Source of the DNA: Cyanophora paradoxa CCMP329
Taxonomy: Eukaryota; Plantae; Glaucophyta
Direction: 5' to 3'
DNA: 64,000 nt
NCBI GenBank assembly: GCA_004431415.1
Contig: QPMI01000272.1
Coordinates: forward strand, 1 to 64,000
Positions within the stretch are counted from its first letter, which is position 1. Every line of letters starts with the position of its first letter. Positions 21,817-35,121 of this stretch are shown piece by piece. The position numbers and the translations under genes are program-made. The notes beneath the pieces are model-generated. The model searched no databases and was not told where the DNA came from. It was given only the letters and a program-made list of their open reading frames with translations.

Positions 21817-24800
21817 CTAGGCGGTGGATGCGGCGGGGGCGGCGGCGGGGGCGGCGGCGGGGACGTCGGGCACGGCGAGGTCGACAGTGCGGGTGGGCCC
21901 GGCGAGGGAGAGGCCCCGCGCCGCCAGCGAGGCGTGCAGCAGCGAGACGATCTCGTCCCCGATCTGGCCCCGCCCGATCTCAGCCGAGAATCCGGGGGTG
22001 GGGGTGGGGGGTACGCGATTTGGCACCTGGAAGGCGGCGCGGGGCTTGGCGAGGGCCAGGCACTGGCGCGACATCGCGTGCAGCTCCGCCGAGCCTGGAG
22101 GCGGGGGGGTATGCCTCAAACACGGGAGAAAGGGGGGGGGGGGGGGGGAGGGGGCGCACCCTCGTCGGAGAGCCAGCCGGCGACCATCTGGGCGATCTTC
22201 TCGGGGTCCTCGCTGTAGCCCCCGAGGCGGTTGTCGACGACGTAGGGCACGTTGCCCTCCTCCTGCCCCGGGATGAAGCCCGAGAGCATGATCGGCAGGC
22301 CCCGCGACATCGCCTGCCGTGCCCCGCGGCCCCGCCGCTCAGGCGCGCAGCGGAGCGGGCCTGGAGGAGGGGCGGACCTCGCAGATGGTGCCGGGCCCCG
22401 CCTTGGTGATGACGCAGTCCGAGGCCGCCATCCAGTCCGACATGTTCGACACGAACCTGCCCGCCCCCGGCCCCGGCCCCTCAGCGCGGGGCCGAGCGCG
22501 GCAGAGACGGGTCGGGACGGGGGCGAGGGGGGCGCTTCTAGCGTCGCGGTCTGGGGCGGGGCGGGGCGGGGCTCGGGGCGGGCACCCGTTGACGATGACG
22601 GGGACGGGCCACTTCTGGCTCTCGAGCTTCTTCTTGAGCTTGGCGTTGCGGCCGCAGACGACGACGAGCTGCCCGCCCGGCAGCTGCGCCCGCGGCGCCG
22701 CCGGCTTCGCGCCGCCCTTCTCCTGCGTCATGATGCGCGACTTGAAGTCCTCCGGCTCCTTTCCCCCCTGCGGCGGGGTTAGAGGGGGGCCGCGGGCCGC
22801 GGGGCGCGGGGCGGGGAGCCCTCGCCTTGCCGTCCTTGCCGTCCTTGCCGGCGGCGTCCTTCCCCGCGGCCGCCGCCTCCTCCTTGCCCGAGCTCCCCGC
22901 TGCGAGACGAGTGCGATCGGGCCGGTCCGGGCCGGGCGAGCGAGCGAGCGAGCAGGGCGGGGAGGCGGAGCGCCCGCTCGGTCTGTCGCACGCACCCTGG
23001 GCGGGCTGCTGCTGCTGCGGCTGCGCCGGCTGCTGCGGCTGCTGCTGGGCGCCCATGGGGGGCACGCGGACGTACTTGCCGAGCTGGTTGGCCACGGCCC
23101 GCGCGATCTGCCCCAGGGTGAGCAACAGCGCGGCGCCGGGGGTCGGCCCCGGAGGAGGCGCGGGGGCGGGCGGACCTGCTCGACGCGGCCGATGCCGTCG
23201 CCGCCGCCGACGAGGAGGACGACGGGGACGTCGGGGTTCAGGCCGAAGGCCTGCCGCAGCAGCTTCCTGCGCCCCGCGCCCCGCGCACGTCAGCGGGGCT
23301 CGCCCGCGCCAGGGCGGGGCCGGGGCGCGCTTGGGGAGGGCGGGCTCGGCGAAGTCGGCGCGGATGGGGAGGCCGAAGTTGCGGAGCTGGGCCGGCTGGA
23401 GCCCGCGCTCGATGGCCATGTCGTACATCGGCTGGCTCCCCACGAAGCAGCGGTCCACCCGCGGGTCGAACCACGTCGGGTGCCCCGACGCGAGGTCCGT
23501 CACCACCTGCACGCCGCGCGGCCCGGCTCGCACGGGAGGAGGCGAGGAGCGGGGGGAGGGGCCCCGAGCGCACAGTGACGAAGGGGGTGCGGTCGGCGGT
23601 GAGGGGCGGGGGCCCGATGAAGGGCGCGGCGGCGCCCTGGCCGGCCCCCGGCTTCGAGAAGAGCGCGCCCGCCTCCTGCGCGCCGGCGCGGCCGTCAGCT
23701 CCCAGCGGCGCCCGGGGTGCGGGGGTGCGGGGGGGCGGGCCTTGGTCTCCCCGGAGAGGAGGCCGCCGCGGGACATGCGCCCCGCCTCCCGCTTCGCCCG
23801 CATCGACTCCAGGATCCGCAGCGGCAGCGTCTGCGCGCGCTCAGCCGGCGGGCGGGCGGCCGGACGGACGGAGCGGGGGGCGGGGGCGCCTGCATGAGGG
23901 GGTGCGTGGAGACGACGATGTGCGGGTCGTAGCTCTCGAAGAGCTCGGTCATCTTCTTGCGGGAGATCTTCCAGATCAGCTCCTCCGCGAACCGCATCTC
24001 TGCGCACGCGCCCCGCGGCGGTCGACGGGCGGGCGGGGGCCAGAGCCCTCGCGGGCCGGACGCACTGCCCTCGTCCTTGCCGGCGTTGTAGAGCATCGAC
24101 CAGAGCGACGGGTGCGACGCGAGGAAGGCGTACGTCTTGGGGAGCTGCCGGGCGGGGCGGCCTCAGGGGGCGGGCGGGGGCGGGGGCGGGGGCGGGGGCG
24201 GGGGCGCGTGCGTGCCTGGTTGACGGGGAAGGGCGTGTGCTCGCCCCAGAGGTCGACGACGCGCACGTCGTACTTGTCGCCGTACGTCTGCCCGATCGCC
24301 GCCTTGATCGCCTGCGCCGAGGCCCGGTGCCCGCCCCCCGTGTCGCTCATCAGCACGAGGATCTTGTACCGCTGCCCGTCGCTGCCGCCCTCGGGACCCG
24401 ACTCCGAGTCGCCGAGCTGCTTCTCCCTCGCCGCCGGGTTGGGGCCCGCCCCGTCCTGGGGCTTGTTGGAGGAGCTGCCGCCGCTGGGCTTGTTCTGCGG
24501 CTGGCCGGCGCCCCCGGGGCCGCTCTTGGCGGCGCCCTTGTCGCTCGGGCCCGGCTTCGGGTTCTTCTGGCTGTTGGGCTTCGACAAGAACGCGACGTGC
24601 ACGCTGCGCGTCGCGTCGATCGGGTACGAGAAGACGACAGCGCCGCCGCGGCCCAGCTCGGGGAAAGCGTTCCGGCCGCCGATCGCCGTGAACTCGAATG
24701 CGCCGGTCGACGAGTTCAGGAAGCTGAAGGTCACGCCCTGCCCGCGGCGCGGCGCGCCGCTCCGGCCGGCTCCAGCACCGACGAGGGCCGGCGCGTGGCT

Positions 24801-24989
24801 GGGCTGGTACATGAACGTCCGGGAGCCGGCGTCGCGGTGCTGCGGCGGGCAAACGGTGCGCTCCGGCTTCGCCCAGGCGAGGCCCAGGGCGCTGAGGCCC
24901 GAAAGGACCCGGTGCGGAAGCCGGCCCAGAACGTACGCCGTCGACTGCCCGAGAACGCCATCACTCGCACCAACGCTGTGCGGATCCAT
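21817..24989 (-). CDS. MGD1: Monogalactosyldiacylglycerol synthase (GT28, eukaryotic MGD1 type)
   Basis: [106 protein letters not shown]. Confidence 0.95.
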
Positions 24990-25325
24990 TGCGGCCACCC
25001 CCTGGTCGCAGGAACGGCGAAGCTACGTCAAGCGCTTTTCGGATATTCGAGTTCGGGCGAGCGAGCGGGCCCCACAGGCGCTGGATCGACTTCCGCGACG
25101 CACCTGCACACAATGGCGCTGCCCGATCGCCTCGGCCGAAAGATTTTAGAAAGCTGGGTCGGCTGGGGGGAGAAGTACGCGTAGGGTACACCAGCGCTCG
25201 CTTGGGCGCTCGTCGGGTTTTATCCAGGATTCGTCGGGCGATCGCTGTCTGATTTCGCGAGGACTGAACCTCACAAAGCATTCAACGCGACCCGGGCCTA
25301 GCCCGCGGTTTGGCACCGAGCCACC

Positions 25326-27538
25326 ATGTATCCCAACGGGTCCATACAGCAGCAGCAGCAGGTACTAGCTGCTGCCCTCATGCAGCAGGAGCAGCATGCA
25401 GCCATGCTTGCGAAAGCACGGTACGCACCCGCCCCGCGTCGTCCAGCCGACAGCCCAGCGCTGCGCGTGCCTGCGTATCTTGCCGATGCGGCGTTGAAAC
25501 ACCCTTTAAGACCAGAGAAATAAGCCCTGCTTGCTTCGGATGTCGAAGCGGCCAAAGCTGACCCTGTGTGCATCAGGATGGCTGACGCGGCGATGCGGCG
25601 ATCCTACTCCTCCGGGCAGCTTTACGCTCAGGCTCAGCTAGCCCAAGCGAATATCGCTGCGTACCAGGCTGCCCTGGCGAACCAGGTGGCCATCAGCGCA
25701 AACGCGCAAGCCGCTCTTCGAAATGGTGCGGGCGGCCGCGCCGCGGTCTTCGACCTTCATTAACTCGCTGTGATTCCTTTTTTGTTCGGCCAGGCGTGCT
25801 CATGAACGGTCTTGCGCAACCTGGGTTGAGCGCATCTGCAGCTGCAACGGCGGCCGCACTCCGGGAACAGGCAATCCGCGAGCGTGCCGCGCAGTTCAAT
25901 GGAATGAAGCCGGAAGAGCTTCAACAAGTGAGCGGTTTGTGTCGTATCAGCCCACCGGCGCATCTGACCCCCCTCCGTGGCAGACTCTAGTCAAGATGCA
26001 GGCTGACCGCGAGATGCTTGTCGTCGAGAAGGGACAGATGGAGAACGAAGTCGAGCGGCTCCGCACAGCCATGGCAACGCTGTCGGTCGAGCGCCAGGTG
26101 CGTCGAGCTATCGATTGTTGCTTCCCCCCAAGCCAACGCGCACCGTAGGCGGCGCAAGAGATGCTGGTCATGCAACGTGAGGCGTGGGCACTCGAGCGTA
26201 CTGCCCTTGAAAGAAAGCTCGCCCAGCTCCAGGTTCGCCTCGCCTGCCCGCGGACCGCGCGGGTCGCCCGTGACTCATCGAGCCCGCAGAGTGAAAACGA
26301 GATGAAGGGCCGCGAGAAGAAGTCGCTACGCGAGTCCCTCACGAAGATCCAGGAGCTCGAGGGGCGCTGGCGCGAGGAGCGGACCAAGGTCCGCCGGAGT
26401 GGTCTCGGCGAGCGCCCCCGCCGCCTGGCCGCTTACGCCGCGCCGCGCCGTCCGCAGGTGGAGATGCGCATGCTGAGTCTCGAGGTCGAGAACAAGCGTC
26501 TCGCGCGGGAGAACGCGTTGCTGCTGGAGTTCCTGGGCCAGCAGGGCGTGGCCGTGCCGCACCAGATCCGCCAGGAGCAGCAGCAGCACGCCGCGGCGCT
26601 CGCGGCAGCGGCTGCCGCAGCGGCCGCGCGCGCCCAGCAGCAGGCCTCTCCTTACGCCGACTTCGGACCGGTGCGCCCTCGCTCGCTCGCGCATCCCGCC
26701 CGCGCGCCGCGGCCTGTGCGCCTGACGCGGGCGGGCGCAGATGGTCTCGTCGGTGATGCGCTGGCTGGGGAGCGGCGACGAGGGGGACGTGGCGCCCTCG
26801 TCGCCACGCTCCTCGTCCAACGAGCCGCTCACGCACATCCCGCCCCTGGGCGCCTCGCTGGGCCCCAACAACCGCTCCGCCTCGGACGGCTCGCTCCCGT
26901 CCCTCGCCCAGATGGCCGCGGCCGGCATGCCCGGCGTCGTCGGCTCCGGCTTCGAGAAGGTGCGAGGCCGCCCGCCGCCCCCGGCCCCGGCCCGCCCCGA
27001 CTGAGCGCCGCCGCCGCGCGCGCGCGCAGGCCGGCCGGAGCCCGCGCCTCTTCACCCTCCTCCCCGACGTCGCGGAGGCCGCCAGGCGCGAAGACGTCAC
27101 CGCGGCGGCCGCCGCCGCCGCCCTGGCCCAGGCCCAGGCCCAGGCCCAGGCCCAGGCGCAGCAGGCTCAGGCGCAGGCCCAGCACTTCCGCCGCGTCGCC
27201 AGTGCGTGCCCTCTCTGCCGGGGCGCGCTCCCCGCGGCTGACGGCGGCGGGCGCCGCGCGCAGGCCAGGAGCAGATCTCGCCGCAGTCGACCAACTCGCA
27301 CCCGTCGCCGCGGTCCGACGGGCGGGGCGGCGGGCTCGCCGCGCTGGGAGGGGCGCCGCCCTCGCCGGGCGGGGCGGGCGGGGCGGGCGGGGAGGCGGCG
27401 GGGGCCGACACGGACGAGCAGATGGCTCGCATCGCGCGCGCCGCGCTCTCGTTCCACAACCACGGCGCCCGGGCCCCGCCGGCCGGCGAGTCGGGCCGGC
27501 CGCACCGCGGGGAGGACGAGACCCCGCTCTGGGCCTGA
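25326..27538 (+). CDS. Hypothetical Gln/Ala-rich coiled-coil protein
   Basis: Spliced exons MYPNGSIQQQQQVLAAALMQQ..., heptad segments EKGQMENEVERLRTAMATLS and MRMLSLEVENKRLARENALLLEFL, (AQ)n tract near 27126-27180; stop TGA 27536-27538. Confidence 0.65.
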
Positions 27539-28316
27539 CACCCTCTCTTCTTCGTCTTCTTTTTCAACATCGTACATCGGGCGTTTCAATGGGTGCTGTG
27601 TGCTCTCTACCATGCAGCGTTAAGCAAGTTTTTAGGTACAGATAAGGACGGATAGTTTCGGGGGACCTGTCCAGGGTACCGAGTGGGTTGTTGCCTTTGC
27701 TCCAAAATCGTTACCCTAGAATGAAAGTGATGTGTAGTTCCTTACTTTCCAGTAGGTCTGCAGGTGCACTGCTACTCAGTGCGTGTACGCTTAGCGTGTC
27801 TTAGCAATGCTGTTTGGCTTATTAATTTCCGATTCGAATTCGATCTGACTCTTCTGTAGCCTTATTCTGTATCGTGGTCTGAACAATTGCACGGCCGCCG
27901 GACGGATCCGGCTTATTGTCCGCGATGTACGCTTGCGCGCATGTTCGCATGCGCATGCGCCGCGGCGCATGCGCAATGCATGACTCGTAGAGGAACTTGC
28001 AATTAATTGGGAATTCGAAGCCCTTGCAAATTGAAGCTGCCGTCCGACGGTCGTCCGGACCGGATCCGTCGGCCCCGCTCACTGCAGCTGCAGCTGATCA
28101 TGATGCATGAGTACTAGTCACACTCAGTGACTGATCATGAGCCGCAGTGCGCAGCTGGCATGCGCATCGATGCCCGGCCCGCGCACGCGTCCGTGGCCCG
28201 GCGGCCAGCTGCAGGCGGCGGCCTCGGATCATGTATGATCCAATAAATACAATTACGTGGACGACCAACACTACCGGGGGATACGATATGTCGCACATGT
28301 GCCCGAGGCGGCGCGG

Positions 28317-30851
28317 TCACTGGGCCTTGGGCGCGCCGGGGTCGCGGCGGCGGGAGAGGCCGAAGGGGAGGGCGGGGAGGAGGGCGAGGGCGGAGCGGAG
28401 GGCGGCCCGCCAGAAGGAGAACGTGAGCCGCGCAGGGAGCGTGAGCAGGTCCCGCGCCCCGCGCGCCGCCCGCCCCGGCGCCGCGAGCGCCCCCGAGGCG
28501 GCCCGCGACAGCCCCCGCGCCGCCTCCGAGAGCAGGGGGTACCGCGCCTGCCGGGGGGCGGGCGCCGCATGGGCCGAGGCGGGGCCGGCGGGGCTCGCGG
28601 GCGGGCGGGCGGGACGCGCACGGCGAGGGGTCGCCTCAGGCGGCGGAGGCGGCCGATGAGGGCCGACTTGGACCAGTGCAGGATGCTGCGGAGGGTGAGC
28701 GAGGAGGGGGGGAGGAGGGGGCAGGGAAGGGGGGTACCTGGGGAGGGCGTAGTAGGGGTGGAGGACGCGGAATGCGAACGCTGTGATGCGCCGCGAGCGG
28801 CGGCCGTCGGGGTACAGCGCGTCCATCACTGCCGCTGCGCGGCAGTCAGCACGGGAGGGGGGGTAAGGAATAGAAAGGAAGGAGGCGGGGGAGGACCGCG
28901 CGCCGGCGCAGTGCCGGACGTCGCGGGTGGGGTACATGGGCCCCCCGGGCATCGTGAAGGAGTACAGCGCCATCTGCGGGGGGAGAAGGGGAATGCGTCC
29001 CGGGTACAGGGACGGGGAGGGCGCTGGGGGTACGTGCACGCCGCACCTGGAGCTTGATGTCCGTCGCGAGGCTCCGGTCGATGCCCTTCAGCTCCAGGAA
29101 CGCGCTGCGGGGCGCGGGCGGCTCAGCGAGGCGGGGAGCCCTGAGCTCGGAGGCAGTGCCTCTCGAAGCCTAGGGCCGGGCGCACTTGAGGTAGTGGAGG
29201 AGGGCGCGCTCGCTGCGGATGAGCTGCAGCACGCGCACCGATTCCCCCACGAAGGCGCTCCCGACGCCCTGCGCGCCCCGTGGGCGGGCGGGCGGGCCGC
29301 GCCGGCGTGCGGGCGGGCGGGCGGGGCGGACGAGGCGGCCGGAGGCGGCGGCGAGGAGGCGGGAGGGCCGCCTGCTGGAGGAGCCGCCCGCCGCCCCGTC
29401 CGACACCGGCGACGTCGCCCGCGACTCTGCGGCGCGCCCCGGGGCCGGGCCGGGCGGCGGGTCGGCTGGGCCGCGCCGCGCCGGGCCGGCGCGATGGGCG
29501 GCGGCGGCGCGCAGGCGCGCACCGGGGGGGCTGACGCCGGACGAGGAGGCGCAGTCGTCGGCGCCCTCCGCGACGCACATCTGAGGCGGCGCGCGTCAAG
29601 GCGAGCGAGGGGCGGGGGAGGCCTGCGTCTGCGCCTGCGGGGCCGGGCGCACGGCGGCGAGGAAGGGGCGGAGGGCGCTGGGCTCCTCGTAGTGGAAGAA
29701 GAAGCGCTGCACGAGGCCCGCCGTGTCCTGCGCGAACCGCCCCGGCACGCCCGCCCCCGCCCGCCCGCCGGCCCCGCCGGCCCCGCCGCCCGCTCCGCGC
29801 AGCCGGCCAGCGCCGCGTCCCTCAGCGCCTCGTACAGGGCGGCGAAGCGGCGCCCCGAGGTCTCCAGGTCGTACCAGAAGAGCCGGTTCGTGCCTGCCGG
29901 AGGGGGAGCGCCGCGTGGGCGCCGGGGAGACCGCTCGCCGAGGCGGGGCGCGGGGCGGGGCACCCTTCAGGAAGACGTTCATGCGGCGGACCATGCCCTC
30001 CTCCTCCTGGTGCCTCCCCTCGAGCAGCTTCGCGGGAGGTTGGCGCGCGCGCGCGCGCGGGACGAGCGGGGCGGGGCGGGGCGGGCCCAGCGGAAGGAGA
30101 GGAGGGCGAAGACGGAGGGGACGTGGACGTTGCTCCACAGCGCCTCCATCTCGCCGTGCAGCCGCCGGGCCTCCGCCGGCCGCGCGTTGTAGTGCTCCGC
30201 CAGCAGCTCGAAGTAGAGCGGCGCGCCCTCGCCCGCGGCGCCGGCCGACGCCAGCGGCGGCGCGCAGCTGTCCGCGCGCAGGTACTCCAGCACGTCCGGC
30301 TCCACGTGCTGCTTCAGGTTGTCGAACAGCGCGCTGCGCGCCCGCGCGGCCGCCGATCACGCGCCGCGCGCGGCGGCGGCGCCGCCGTAGGCACCTGATC
30401 TGGCCGGCGCGCGCCTCGCCGAACAATCCGGCGGCGCTCGAGAGGACGTGCAGGACCTCGTTGGAGAGCCGCTGCATGAACCGCTCGAAGCGCCCGAAGG
30501 CGCTGCCGCACCCGCTTGCCGACGCCTCGCTGAAGCTGCGGTGCCTCTCGAACGCGTCGAGCTCCTCGAAGGAGACGTCTGCTCCGTGCTCGGACTCATC
30601 GTTCAGGAGCGAGTGGAAGGACGAGGTCCGCGACAGCGAGCGGCCCGGCCAACCACGCCGCGAGCCTGCGCCACAAGGCGCTCAGATCTAGAATCGGGCT
30701 GCGCCAGCGGCGCCTGCACCGCACCGCCCTCGCTGAAAATGAGCGACTGCGCGTCGTCCGGGGCCGCATCCTGATCGTCGAAGCCGTCCGGGCCGGGCTC
30801 GCTGATGGTGTCGCCAGCCAGGAGCTCCTCACCTCCTGGATCGGGCGCCAT
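28317..30851 (-). CDS. Conserved uncharacterised plant/algal protein
   Basis: Motifs YFELLAEHY, LWSNVHVPSVFALLSFRW, TNRLFWYDLET, LYSFTMPGGPMYPTRDVRH, FRVLHPYY resemble a land-plant uncharacterised family (Arabidopsis AT5G59960-like, from memory, not a search). Confidence 0.75.
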
Positions 30852-31816
30852 AGAGCGCGCCACGCGCTGAAGGCTCTTGGAATCCAGCGGGCTGAGTGAG
30901 ATCCCCAGCTAAGGCGTCGTGGAATGCCGCTGATTGCCTTCGAATTCGCCGATTGCCGGACGGCCTCGGAAGGGTGCGAGCTGGCGAAATCTCCGATCGA
31001 CGGGTCACGTACGCAAGCTTTTAGGTACGCGCTCGCGGCTGATGTGGATCGCTGATGTGAGCCGCGGCCGACCAGGGTACACGAGAATTCGAGTTTCGAA
31101 TTCTCTGCAGCTAGCGCTAGCGCTAGCGCTGGCCGGCGCCGCGCCGGCGTCGGGCCCACGTTTCGACAACGTTAGCACTATATGTATACGTATACATATA
31201 TAGCTACGGCTTACATCGACTAAAGTATTAGATCTGCGCATGCGGCGCCGGCCGGCCCGCGAAAGAGCGGGGCGATGGCGGCGGGGGCGGCGTCCGCGGG
31301 CCGGAGCCCGCCGGCGTCGCGCAGCTCGCCGAGTCGAGGGCCGCCCCCGCCCCCGTCCGCCGCGCAGCCTCCAGGAGCGCCCTCACGACCTCCCCCCGCC
31401 CGCCGGGCCGCCCTGCGCGCGCCGCAGCGCTAGCTCGGCCGAGAATCGAGATCGCCGAGTCGAGCTCGCGCGCAGCTGCAGGGCCGGGGCCCGGCCGGCG
31501 TACCCTGCAGGCGACGTGGAGCGGCGTCGCCCCGAGCCGGTCCTGCGCGCCGAGCGCCGCAGCCGCAGCTCGAGCTCGAGCTCGAGCCCCGCCGCAGCTC
31601 GCCCGCTTGCCGAGTCGGCCTCGCTCGGCCGTCCCATGACGTCGATCAAGCGCTTGCGCCCCGCTTCAGAAGCTTTCAATCTATTCTGGTATCGTTCGCA
31701 AAAATGGGGCAGCTCTGCGGCAGTCTCGAGCCGCGGGGGCGGGGTGCAGGGAGCACGGCAAGGGTGGCGGAGGGGCGGGGTTGGGCGGGGCGAGAGGGGC
31801 GCGGGGCGCGCGACGG

Positions 31817-34800
31817 CTATCTTGTCGGCCTGTCCTTCTTCACCGACGCGAACTTGTCGAGGATGAACCTGGCAGGGGGCCGGGTCTGTCAGCCCGGGCG
31901 GGGCGGGGCGGGGCGGGGCGGGGCGGGGCGGGGCGGGGCGGGGCGGGGCGGGGCGGGGCGGGGCGGGCGGGGGGCACGGGGGCGCACTTGGCGGCAGAGG
32001 CGACGTACTCGTTGGAGGAGGTGCGGAGGTACTCGAGGACGGGGAGGCCGTTGGCGGCCTTGATGGCGCGCCGGCCCTCGCTGCTCGACGCCAGGTACCG
32101 CAGCGTCCCCACCGTGTACATCTGCACCGTCTCGTTCCGCGACTGCAGCAGGCCCACCAGCGGCGCCACGCCCCCGCACTCCCGGATCAAATCCTTGTTC
32201 CGGTCTGCCCGCACGCCCAGAAATCATCGAACCAGCACGGGCGGGGGCGGGGGCGGTGGCGGGGGCCGGCACCGTTGGCGGCGAGGTTCTGGAGGGCGCC
32301 GGCGGCGCAGCCCTGGACGGTCTCGTCGCGGGAGGTGAGGAGGGCGACGAGCGGGGCGATGCCGCCGGCCTCGACGATGAGCTCCTTGTTCCGGTCGTTC
32401 ACGCAGAGGTTGCACAGCGCGACCAGCGGGCCGATGCCCCCCGTCCCCTGCTTGCACGAGGCGAGCAGCCCGACCAGCGGCGGGATGCCCCCCGCGTCCC
32501 GGATGATCTCCTGGTTGCGGTCTGCCGGCCGGGCGCCCCGTGAGCCGCGCGGCCGCAGAGGCGGCGGGGCGGGGGCCCCACCGTTGACGGCGAGGTTCCC
32601 GAGGGCGCCGCCGGCGTTCTCCTGGACGGTCGGGTTGGGCGAGGAGAGGAGCTTGACCAGCGGGCCGATCGCCCCCGCGCGGACGATCAGCTCCTTGTTG
32701 CGGTCTGCGGGGAGGTAAGAGGGGCCGGGGCGGGCGGGCGGGGCCGGGGACGGGCGCGGGCGCGCCGTTGCGGCCGAGGTAGCGGAAGGCGGCGGCGGCC
32801 TTCTCCTGCACGCGCTCGCTGCGGGAGGAGAGCAGCTGCACCAGCGACGGGATCGCTCCCGCGTCCCGGATCAGCTCCTGGTTCTTGGCTGCGAGCCGCC
32901 CCCGCGCGTCGGGCCGGGGCCGCGGGTGCAGGAGACGCGGGCGGGGCCGGGGGCGGGGCGGGGGCGGGGGAGGCGCACCGTTGGCGGCGAGGTAGGCGAG
33001 GGCGCCGGCGGAGTTGCCCTGGACCATCTCGTTGGGGACGGTGAGGAGGCGCACCAGCGGCGGGATGCCGCCGGCCTCCCGGATGTGCTCCTCGTTCCGC
33101 ACTGGCCCCGGGCGCGTTGGCCGGGGGCCGGCCGCAGGCGGGGCGGGGGCGGGGCGGAGCCTCACCGTTGGCGGCGAGGTACCAGAGGGCGCGGGCGGCG
33201 TTCTCCTGCACGGCGAAGTTGTCGACCGTGAGGAGGTTCACCAGCGGCGGGATGCCCCCCGCGTCCCGGATCAGCGCCTGGTTCCGGTCTGCGGCGCCGG
33301 CGGCGGCTCGAGCGGCGCGCCGGAGCGGGCGGGGCGGGGCGGGGCGGGGGCCGCGGGGGGCACCGTTGAAGGCCAGGTTCGAGAGGGCGCCGGCGGCCAT
33401 CTCGGAGACCTTCAGGTTGGGCGACTGCAGGAGGGTCACGAGCGGCGGGATGCCGTTCGCGTCGCGGATCAGCTCCTGGTTCTCGTCTGCGGCGCGGCGC
33501 GGCGCGACGTGGCGTCAGAGCTCCTGCGCGGGCGCGGCGCGGCGGCGCGGCGGCGCTGCGGGGCGCACCGCGGACGGCGAGGTTGCCGAGGACGGAGGCC
33601 GAGTTCTCCTGGATGACCTCGTTCATCGAGCCGAGCAGGTTCACCAGCGGCACGATCCCGCCCGCCTTCCGGATCAGGTCCTTGCACTTGTCTGCCCTCG
33701 CCCTCAGCCGCGCCGGGCCGCACGGGCGGGGCTGGGGGCGGACCGTTGACGGCGAGGTTGGCGAGGAGGGAGCCGGCGCACTCGACGACCGGCTCGCTCC
33801 GCCCGCTCAGGAGCGCCGTGAGCGGCGCGATGCCGCCCATGTCCCGAATCGTCTCCTTGTCGCGGTCTGCGCGGCGCCGGCGGCGTGAGCGGCGCGGAGC
33901 CGCGGCGGCACTGGGCCGGGGCCCGAACCGTTCAGGTTCAGCTTGGCGAGGGTCTGGCACGAGAGCTCGCGCAGCGTCTGGTCCGAGCTGAAGAGGACCT
34001 GTACGAGCGGCTGCACTCCGCCGACCGCCCGCACGACCTCCTTGTTGCGGTCTGCGCGGCCGGCTCTCAGGAAGGAGAAAAAGAGGAACGCCGCTCGGCG
34101 CTCACCGTTCTCGTTCGCTAGGTGCGCTAACTGTTCCATCGCGGCCGCTTGCTCTTCGTACGAAAGGTTCTTGGTGGACAGCTTCGCTATCAGGGCCCTG
34201 CGGAAAGGATCAAATCCACGTCCGCATTCTGCGCGAGGGCTGCTCGCACCGAATCCGGTTCGCGGCCTCATCGTTGCTCGAGCGCGGGGTGCGCTCGTCA
34301 TCGCTGTCCAACTCCGCGCCCGGCGCCTTGCTCTCCAGGGATTGGAGAAGGACGGAGATGTCGGTCGTCAGCTCCTGGAAGTGGCGAATCGCAGTGTTCT
34401 CATCGGTATCCTCCGCGCCGGAGAATCCTTTCCCGAACTCGAAGCTGCGCCCGGTAGAAGCGCGGCCCTTGCGCTTGATCGGCTGGCCGGGGGTCTTGAA
34501 CTTGGATGCAGGGACCTGGAAGCAGCAGATCATCCTGCTCTCGCCGCGTTCCGACGCGGCCTTCTGTGTACCGCCGATAGTCTGCATGTGCTGTGTGACT
34601 TCGCCACCCAGCTGCTGCCTGCGAACGGCAGCGACATTAGAAGAGGTCGAACGGAAGTCAAAACCGACGCACAGGTGCATGAGTAACTTGGCTTTCATTT
34701 CGGTCTGAAGTGCCCTCCGAACCAGACGATTTGTGCGCTTGTCGTCCGATGTGAGCCCCAGTTGCGCCGCCGAACGCGGTGTAAGCCCGCTGCCGGCAGT

Positions 34801-34827
34801 CCGAGGAGACGGCCGCGCGCCGTCCAT
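31817..34827 (-). CDS. Armadillo-repeat protein (about 11-12 ARM repeats)
   Basis: Tandem 41-aa repeats such as DRNQALIRDAGGIPPLVNLLTVDNFAVQENAARALWYLAAN; ends FILDKFASVKKDRPTR* (stop 31817-31819); N-terminal non-repeat region from ATG 34827. Confidence 0.9.
31896..31964. repeat. (GGGGC)n microsatellite inside the last intron of the ARM gene
   Basis: About 13-14 tandem GGGGC units; the same pentamer (CCCCG on the sense strand) recurs in many introns. Confidence 0.9.
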
Positions 34828-35121
34828 GCTGAAGATGATGATGCGGCCTCCAAGCTATGCAGCGGCGGTCGAAATGCGGTGTAATCAAAAGGCCACGCCC
34901 AGGTCAACGCCAACGAAGAGCGAGCAACCCCGCTCGCCCCGCTCGGTCAGCCCGGTACGGGCTCGGTTCTACGATCTGAATTTGGAAGCCGCGCAGCGAC
35001 ACCCGCGGCCCTCTCCGTGTTGTCTTGGGGGTACAGGCTCCGAGTCGAGCAACGGCATCCCGGCACCTCCTCGCTCCGAGCCTCGCCCTCGAGCAAAATG
35101 GGGCCTAGGAGCGTCGCAGAT

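Noticed and set aside
13515-24989. D27, Mpo1, hydrolase and MGD1 as a lipid biosynthetic gene cluster
   Set aside because: They act in different pathways and compartments and are interrupted by an F-box gene; proximity is explained by gene density.
31383-31720. Possible extra exon or small gene downstream of the ARM gene
   Set aside because: The ARM gene has an in-frame stop at 31817-31819 and the peptide is low-complexity with no family signal.
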